From an uncultured Chloroflexia bacterium (GTDB taxonomy: Bacteria > Chloroflexota > Chloroflexia > Thermomicrobiales > CFX8), in the NCBI GenBank assembly GCA_963729445.1, contig CAVSNU010000005.1, positions 769,615-833,614 on the forward strand: 64,000 bases of DNA, given 5' to 3'. The notes beneath the pieces were generated by a model, which saw only the letters and a list, made by a program, of their open reading frames with translations, was not told the origin of the DNA and searched no databases. Shown here one piece after another: positions 58,482 to 64,000 of this stretch. The position numbers and the translations under genes were made by a program. Position 1 is the stretch's first letter; each line of letters starts with the position of its first letter.

Positions 58482-61400
58482 GTGAGTCGTGATCTGTCGC
58501 GCGCCGATCGGCAACAGAGGTTGAGCTACCGGAGTCTGCCGGCGCTGATCCTGCTGTGCGCCGCTGTCGTCGCGACGCTTGCACCCCCGTCCGTGCTCTG
58601 GCTGGACGTTGGCTCGCCCGGAGACGAACCGTTCGTTGCCGGCTTTTACCCTGCCGAGATGAACGCGCACGAGTCGTTCCGCTGGTCTGAGGGTGATGCA
58701 ACGCTCATACTGCCGGTCGAGCGATCGGGCCGCTATCGGGTTGAGCTGGCCCTGGCCGTCATCGAACCGGCGGGCCGGACGCTCTCCATGCGCTGTGGCG
58801 ACGACACAAACACGCTCGCGCTCGACAGGCAGCCGGGCAACAGCACCGTGGTGTTTGACTGCCGTGCCGCTGGAGGCGAGCTCAGCGTTGAACTGAGTGT
58901 GCCCACGGTGCAGATCGGCGGCAGCGCCGAGCGTCCTCTGGGCATCTCGGTGCGCGATGCGCGCGTCGCCGCACTTGACTGGCCGGGCATGTTCCTTGCA
59001 CGCGCGCGAGTTGCCACTGCTGTGCTGGGCACGCTCGGCGCCGCCTGGCTGCTCGCCGCGGCGTTTCGTTTTCGGCGGCCCGGCCTGTTTCTGGTGGCGC
59101 TGGCCGGCGCGGGTTGGCTCGCTCTGACGCTCATCCGTCCCGAGTGGGTGTTGCCGGCAGTGGCGGGACCGGCAGGTCTCCTGGCGCTCGTCGGGGGAGC
59201 GGTCGCCTGGTATCTGTCGCGTGACTCGATCCGTGCGGCACGGGTGGTGGCCTTGCTCGCCCCGCTGGCGTTGGTCGTCTTGCCGCAGCAGGAGCTGGTG
59301 TTGACGTTGCCGTCGCGTTGGATCGCTGGCGACCTGAGTGCGGTAGCTCTCACACCCTGGTTGGTTACCGGGACGATCCTGGTAGCCGGGTGGAGCAAGG
59401 CGCTCTACCTGGCGGTTGCCGGGAGCCTTGTTGCACTGGGTACGAGCGCCATGCCGGTGGCTGCGAAGCTCGTGGTCGAGCGCCATGACTTCACGCTGGC
59501 CGTTCCGGATTGGACCGACCAGGTATCAGTGGCCGGTGCATGCTACCTGCTGGCGATTGTGGCGATCCTTCTCGTCGGCATCGCAACCGAGCATCAGCGG
59601 GGTGCCCTCGCGGTCGTCCCGATCGTGGCCCTGGGGCTGGCGGCGATGCTGGGCTGGCGCGTTGCCGTGATGGATTTCAACGGCGACGAGCCTCACTACT
59701 ATGTGACGGCGCGCTCACTGGGCAGTGATTACGATCTGGAGCTGCTCAACAACTATCATGAGGAATCGTATCGAGAGAACACGATCTCACCCGATGGCAA
59801 CATCGCCGTCGTGCGCGACGCTACCGCGGACCGCTATACACCTGTCTTCCAATCAGATCCAGGGCACGGCGAGAACGCCGGCACTACGGACGCGATCCGG
59901 CTGGCTAACGGATCAATGGAGTGGGTGCCGCCGCTTGGCGCGGGGATCTCGCGGACGTTGCTCTTTACTGGAGACTGCGATGTCGACTCAGTGCAGGTCG
60001 CCGCGCCGGACGGTGGCTCGCGCGACGTGCACCTGTACCTGCGTAACGCTGCCGGGCTCGTCATCTGGGAGTCAGAGAGCACCTTCGCCAGTGTTGCGCA
60101 GATACCGCTTCGCAACACGTGTCGAGGTCATCCGTCGAGCTTAACCATCGAATCGAGCAACGGTCCGATCTTTGCCTATGCCGTGGACGAGCACGCCGGA
60201 TTGAAGATGTTGCCCGGTCGCGGCGCGGGAGACCTCGCCCTGCTCGGCAGCCTGCCACGAGATCGCTATGCCTATCCGGACGTCGTGACCGAGCTCGCGC
60301 TACACAATCCCGGGTCTCGGACGGTTACTGCGTCGATCGCGTTGCTTGGCGGGAACAGTGAGCCACAAGACATCCTCGTTGACATCCCCGGCGGAGGGAC
60401 GGCGCTACGGCATCTCCGGACGCAAGGGTATGAGGCGATACGCGTCGATCCGGCTGACCGGTTGGTGGTGCAGGGTATCGGTAGGGTCTGGGCCGGTACC
60501 TACGCCTTGCCTACCATGGAGACGCTAGACGAATGGACTGTCGCGTTGCCTGCCGACGGGACGCACGACTCCGGGGTCTGGCTCAGCCTCGCGAATGAGT
60601 CCGGGGATACTGTCGACGTGACCGTCGATGATGGTGGCGACGATCGCCTCGTCGAGATGTGTGCAGGGTGCTTTGAGACGCTGTTGCTCGCCAGGGGAGA
60701 ACACGAGCGTGAGGTAGTGGTGCGTGCTGAGGGTCACGGGATTGTCGCTTCCGCCGTTCAGTATGAAGAACGGACCGGCTCGCTGCACTTCGATCCCGGC
60801 CTGCCGCTGCTGGCGGCTCCGTTGGCCCGCTTCGGCAGCCCGATGGCAGTGCTGCTGGTGCCTCTTCTGGCGGCTGTCGCGATGGCGCCGGGACTCGTGT
60901 TGTTGCTCAAACGGGTCGGCGTCGGCGAGCCGGGCGCGACCGCCTGTGCTGCCGGCGTAGTCCTGCTGGCCCCGGTGTCGCCCTACGCCACCCGGCTGTA
61001 CACGGAGATCGTGGCGGCCTGTTTGTTGGTCTGGGCACTGGTGCTCTGGGACATGGCCGGTCGGCGTACACAGTATCTCCTCCCCTTCGCAGGGATCGCA
61101 CTGCTCCTGCCGGTGTTACATGGCCGTTTTGTCGTCCTTGCCAGCGCGTTGGGGTTGCTCGTCGTGTTGCGCGTTTTTCCAATGTTGTCACGTCTCAACC
61201 GTCAGTCAGGGGTTGCCCTGGCCGGATCAATGCTCGCGCTCGGACTGCTGGCGGTAGTGGCGGTGCAGCTGAGTGTCGGATTGCGTGAGCGGGTGACGGC
61301 GTCGTACATCGCGACGAACTGGGCCGATGTCGGCCTGGCAGGTGTGGTGTTGGATCGCGGCAGTGGCGTGCTCCCGTTCGCACCCTGGTTGCTACTGGCG

Positions 61401-61943
61401 CTGTTCGTGCCCAGACCGCTACAGCCGCTTCAGCGGGTGGCCCTGGGGCTCGTCTTGTTGCAACTGGCGGCGGTGATCGTTAGAGCGGGAGGCTGGCAGA
61501 CCTGGGGAGCGCCGGCACGCTACGTCCTACCGGTCGTGGCCCTACTGGCGCTCCTGATTGCGCCGGCGATGCAACGGCTGTGGGTTTCCCGTCCGGCTCG
61601 TCCCGTGATGCTTGGGCTGATCGGTTGGGGCGTCGCCATGACGTTCATGCTGCACTGGCTGCCATTATCTGGCTATGTGCTGCGAGGGCGCTACCTGGTC
61701 GACGAGGCGTGGCGAGGCGTCATCGAGTTTTCCCCGATGGTGCTGTTCCCGCGCGTGACTCCGGCGCCGGGTTCGTTCCTCATTGGCACCACGCTGACGT
61801 TCGCACTGCTGGCAGGGGCCGCCTGGTTGCTGTTGAGCAGTACAAGCCTGCGTCCGAAAAGAGCTGTCGGGGCGCAAAGCAGCGTGCGCGAACCTTCACC
61901 CAATCCGATTCCAGGTGAGATCGGGTTCGATGATGGAGGATGA
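58482..61943 (+). CDS. 1153-aa polytopic membrane protein of unknown function with a ~330-aa soluble central region
   Basis: GTG start with AAGGAG just upstream. Hydrophobic blocks span residues ~15-35, ~170-400 and ~760-1120. Divergent from the GT operon with only 41 bp between the starts. No family recognised with confidence. Confidence 0.55.
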   Translation: MSRDLSRADRQQRLSYRSLPALILLCAAVVATLAPPSVLWLDVGSPGDEPFVAGFYPAEMNAHESFRWSEGDATLILPVERSGRYRVELALAVIEPAGRTLSMRCGDDTNTLALDRQPGNSTVVFDCRAAGGELSVELSVPTVQIGGSAERPLGISVRDARVAALDWPGMFLARARVATAVLGTLGAAWLLAAAFRFRRPGLFLVALAGAGWLALTLIRPEWVLPAVAGPAGLLALVGGAVAWYLSRDSIRAARVVALLAPLALVVLPQQELVLTLPSRWIAGDLSAVALTPWLVTGTILVAGWSKALYLAVAGSLVALGTSAMPVAAKLVVERHDFTLAVPDWTDQVSVAGACYLLAIVAILLVGIATEHQRGALAVVPIVALGLAAMLGWRVAVMDFNGDEPHYYVTARSLGSDYDLELLNNYHEESYRENTISPDGNIAVVRDATADRYTPVFQSDPGHGENAGTTDAIRLANGSMEWVPPLGAGISRTLLFTGDCDVDSVQVAAPDGGSRDVHLYLRNAAGLVIWESESTFASVAQIPLRNTCRGHPSSLTIESSNGPIFAYAVDEHAGLKMLPGRGAGDLALLGSLPRDRYAYPDVVTELALHNPGSRTVTASIALLGGNSEPQDILVDIPGGGTALRHLRTQGYEAIRVDPADRLVVQGIGRVWAGTYALPTMETLDEWTVALPADGTHDSGVWLSLANESGDTVDVTVDDGGDDRLVEMCAGCFETLLLARGEHEREVVVRAEGHGIVASAVQYEERTGSLHFDPGLPLLAAPLARFGSPMAVLLVPLLAAVAMAPGLVLLLKRVGVGEPGATACAAGVVLLAPVSPYATRLYTEIVAACLLVWALVLWDMAGRRTQYLLPFAGIALLLPVLHGRFVVLASALGLLVVLRVFPMLSRLNRQSGVALAGSMLALGLLAVVAVQLSVGLRERVTASYIATNWADVGLAGVVLDRGSGVLPFAPWLLLALFVPRPLQPLQRVALGLVLLQLAAVIVRAGGWQTWGAPARYVLPVVALLALLIAPAMQRLWVSRPARPVMLGLIGWGVAMTFMLHWLPLSGYVLRGRYLVDEAWRGVIEFSPMVLFPRVTPAPGSFLIGTTLTFALLAGAAWLLLSSTSLRPKRAVGAQSSVREPSPNPIPGEIGFDDGG

Positions 61944-61969
61944 CAACCCGATCCTCTATGCACAAAGGA

Positions 61970-62001
61970 GCGTACGGGCGCAATGAATTACGCCCGTACG
62001 C
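61970..62001. terminator. Hairpin with a perfect 11-bp stem (GCGTACGGGCG / CGCCCGTACGC) and a 10-nt loop
   Basis: Read from the sequence 27 nt after the stop at 61943. Flanked by A-rich sequence on the + strand and T-rich sequence on the - strand. Confidence 0.55.
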
Positions 62002-62091
62002 AGAAAAAGGGCCGGTCTCAATTCGGTTCCCTGATCAAGCTGGATATTTCCCTAATCAGGCTCCTCCGAAGAACGAGCGGCGAGACGAACG

Positions 62092-62259
62092 TTACGAGAT
62101 AGACTCTTCGTAGCGCCTGGCGACGCCCTGGGTAATGCGGTCGATGACGATCGCGAGGGCGACGATACAGAAACCCGCCTCAGCGCCGCATACAGGGCGG
62201 AGCGGTGAATCATACACGAATGTCGCCTATGCACCAATACCCATCGAGGTAACCACTGC
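62092..62259 (-). pseudogene. 3'-terminal stump of a glycine-betaine/proline-type ABC permease (ProW/OpuAB-like) with an internal TAG
   Basis: Hand translation: AVVTSMGIGA*ATFVYDSPLRPVCGAEAGFCIVALAIVIDRITQGVARRYEESIS*. The ..G..IV.LAI.LDRITQ.. ending is typical of that permease family. Only ~55 codons remain. Confidence 0.5.
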
Positions 62260-62262
62260 CAG

Positions 62263-62919
62263 CTATAAGGGCTTCATCGATTCAGCAATGATCATTAACT
62301 CGAGCTCGCTACTAAGAAGTTGTGTCCGCAGATGCTGGACTCTTATTAACGTCCACGTTGTATCTCTCTCAAACATTATCTCATGAACGTGACCAGTCTC
62401 CCATCGTACCTTCATGTTTCCAGAGTTGTCTTCCCGTGCTACCCAGCCCCCGTTTACTACGTAGCCAGGATATCCATTCACCGCGATCTCGTGATGAAAA
62501 CCTTCCTTGACCATTGGATGTCCTGCATTGGAGAATTGAAGTACGCGGATCGTATCTCGGAGATTTTCACCGGGCCCCTTGTAGGTTAGTTGGGATGTCG
62601 CCGCTCCCCACGCCACTGCCTCCGTCAGTTCAAAGTCATCCGGTATATGCGTGGGAACGTGAAGGGTACCAATTTTCTGCTTTACATCCTCAAGTGTCAT
62701 ACGCGGACCTGCAGCCTGTTGTCGCGACGCTTTGGTCTGCCGATGTCCACGCTGGTCGACGAAGGGCAGTTCGTTGTCCTCGGATAGTGGTCGCAACTGG
62801 ATTAGTTGATGTCCAACCATAATAGATAACCATCCTTCAACGTCTATATACGCAAAGAGGTATAATAACCCGTCAATTGCAGCAATCAGAACAGGCACTA
62901 CCGGCGCCAGGATCTGCAC
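62263..62919 (-). CDS. DUF4367-like protein with an N-terminal hydrophobic anchor
   Basis: ..HVPTHIPDDFELTEAVAWG..YKGPGEN..IRVLQFS..IAVNGYPGYVVNG..VRWETGHVHEIMFERD..ELELMIIAESMKPL* follows the remembered DUF4367 pattern (P-x-G-F .. W .. eLi.iAeSl). The start is uncertain (62919 or 62821). Confidence 0.55.
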   Translation of the reverse strand: MQILAPVVPVLIAAIDGLLYLFAYIDVEGWLSIMVGHQLIQLRPLSEDNELPFVDQRGHRQTKASRQQAAGPRMTLEDVKQKIGTLHVPTHIPDDFELTEAVAWGAATSQLTYKGPGENLRDTIRVLQFSNAGHPMVKEGFHHEIAVNGYPGYVVNGGWVAREDNSGNMKVRWETGHVHEIMFERDTTWTLIRVQHLRTQLLSSELELMIIAESMKPL

Positions 62920-63292
62920 AGCAATGCCAATCTAGGTAGTAGCAGTAGTTGGCGCCGTCTTGGCAACACGCAGGTGGATAATCACACATCGAGTTACAAC
63001 ATGTGCTGTGAGTGCCGTCTGCTACAAAGTAGGAACCGAAACAAGTACCATATGGCCGGTCATCTGGACATTCCCCATGAGGGCCGCCACAGATGTCATC
63101 GGACCTGCAGCCCATCAGCCAATCGGTAAAGTAGTAACATTGGCAGCTACCCGGAAAACACGTACTCGCGGAAGCACTTGAGCCAAAAAGTTGCCCACTG
63201 GCCTGTGGAGGCAGAAACTTAGAGGCGACCGTCGCGACCCCTGCGGCTATCGAGCCTCGAATCAGGCTCCTCCTCGTAGTCGGCTTCCGCAT
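62873..63292 (-). CDS. Twin-arginine-signal, cysteine-rich secreted protein (18 Cys in ~105 mature residues); no family recognised
   Basis: MRKPTTRRSLIRGSIAAGVATVASKFLPPQASG | ..STCFPGSCQCYYFTDWLMGC..TCCNSMCDYPPACCQDGANYCYYLDWHCCADPGAGSACSDCCN. GGAAGGAAGAG RBS upstream. Confidence 0.6.
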   Translation of the reverse strand: MRKPTTRRSLIRGSIAAGVATVASKFLPPQASGQLFGSSASASTCFPGSCQCYYFTDWLMGCRSDDICGGPHGECPDDRPYGTCFGSYFVADGTHSTCCNSMCDYPPACCQDGANYCYYLDWHCCADPGAGSACSDCCN

Positions 63293-63334
63293 GACGATCG
63301 CTCTTCCTTCCTAGCCCAGTAGGCTCTACTCCAA

Positions 63335-63868
63335 CTAATTCGACATCCTAGGTTTCACCGAAACCGCTGCGAGACGCAAGCTAGCTGCAATGGCAAGCAT
63401 TGACAAAGTCGCTGCAATAGTGGCACCAACGGAAGGCACTGCCGCAAATAGCTGAAAGATTGATGGTGCTTCGCCCCCGACCACCACCAGAAGCGCCGCT
63501 AGCGCTAACAGAATTGCATCCCTGACCAAAGTGGGCCATCCCACACGTTCTCGATAAAGAAGGCCAAAACAGCTACACGACAGATTCTGCTTACGCGCTA
63601 TCACTAGCAAAATAGCGACAATAAAGCTTAGGGTCATGAGGACGACGAGAAATGCCCCAACTCTCACTTGGACCCCTGAAAGGAGTAGGAGAGCAGAAGT
63701 TGCTTCAATGAAAGGTAGGGCCCACCCGTAGGCTTTAGCGAAAGGGGGAGCCAAAATGCGGTAATTGACAACGTTGTTGGCAAACGTGTGCAAAGAGACA
63801 AACTTCCCGCTTGCAGAAATAAAAAAGATGCTTCCGATAACTACTCGAATGGCTACTTCAAGCAGCAT
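63335..63868 (-). CDS. MauE/DoxX-family redox-associated membrane protein
   Basis: Start at MLLEVAIRVVIGSIFFISASGKF (ATG 63868, AGGAGG 6 nt upstream). Four to five TM segments and the motif ..NLSCSCFG.., remembered as typical of MauE-like proteins. The ORF extends to 63976. Confidence 0.65.
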   Translation of the reverse strand: MLLEVAIRVVIGSIFFISASGKFVSLHTFANNVVNYRILAPPFAKAYGWALPFIEATSALLLLSGVQVRVGAFLVVLMTLSFIVAILLVIARKQNLSCSCFGLLYRERVGWPTLVRDAILLALAALLVVVGGEAPSIFQLFAAVPSVGATIAATLSMLAIAASLRLAAVSVKPRMSN

Positions 63869-63945
63869 TCCAGTCCTCCTGTGGTCTATCTTCGGCCGAC
63901 TGTGAACGCTCCAAGCAAAGACAGTGCAAGAGCGCTTCGATGACC

Positions 63946-63980
63946 ATAATTGTATATAGAGCTTATGACTGTACAATCAT
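63946..63980 (-). promoter_or_regulatory. Candidate promoter on the minus strand (TTGTAC, 16 nt, TACAAT) embedded in inverted repeat ATAATTGTA-n17-TACAATCAT
   Basis: Read from the sequence: -35 = revcomp of 63971-63976, -10 = revcomp of 63949-63954. AT-rich, about 70 nt upstream of the MauE-like start. Confidence 0.3.
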
Positions 63981-64000
63981 TATACTCTACTAGGCCAAAT

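Noticed and set aside
62052-62237. 61-aa ORF (MVHRRHSCMIHRS...) as a gene
   Set aside because: It overlaps the permease stump in another frame, has an Arg/Ser-rich composition and lacks an RBS.
62873-63868. Calling the MauE-like / Cys-rich pair a methylamine dehydrogenase (mauE-mauA) locus
   Set aside because: By eye I can align no similarity between the Cys-rich protein and MauA. No MauB heavy subunit, MauD or MauG is present in the visible part. Only the functional analogy is retained.
1-64000. CRISPR arrays, tRNA/rRNA genes, transposases, integrases, and restriction or toxin-antitoxin style defence modules
   Set aside because: I looked for regularly spaced direct repeats, tRNA-like T-arm signatures, and DDE, tyrosine-recombinase or nuclease motifs in the ORF track, and found none. 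The only repeats are hairpins, palindromes and the ~40-bp pair noted above.

Overview
GC-rich bacterial chromosomal segment, roughly 60-65% GC by eye and gene-dense. Several proteins resemble Chloroflexota/Thermomicrobia or Actinobacteria sequences, but I cannot verify taxonomy. No rRNA, tRNA, CRISPR array, transposase or integrase was recognised. Most of the window is housekeeping and transport: a partial malic enzyme, a membrane-anchored molybdopterin oxidoreductase, and a tandem ThyX-like gene. It also holds an orphan copZ, pyrD, and a TrmH-M20 peptidase pair. Transport genes include a four-gene operon with two giant FtsX/YbbP-type permeases and two ATPases, and two family-5 peptide ABC importer cassettes that both lack ATPase genes. 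There is also a Wzm/Wzt-type glycan exporter, several MFS/DMT transporters and an ArsR-SRPBCC operon. A glycosyltransferase operon sits divergent from a 1153-aa polytopic membrane protein. Three observations deserve a second look. (1) The last ~1.7 kb (62263-64000) drops to about 47-50% GC. It encodes a MauE/DoxX-like membrane protein, a twin-arginine-signal protein with 18 cysteines, and a DUF4367-like protein. This block abuts the dead 3' stump of an ABC permease gene and runs off the window end. (2) At least six otherwise well-conserved genes are broken by about ten single-base frame changes. Every change is in the same +1 direction, which suggests either systematic insertion errors in the sequence or real gene decay. 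(3) An IclR-linked locus (38.5-42.8 kb) looks eroded: an in-frame chimera of two unrelated gene fragments is followed by two broken acyl-CoA genes. All functional calls come from reading the supplied translations, plus my own hand translations, against remembered family motifs. No searches were run.
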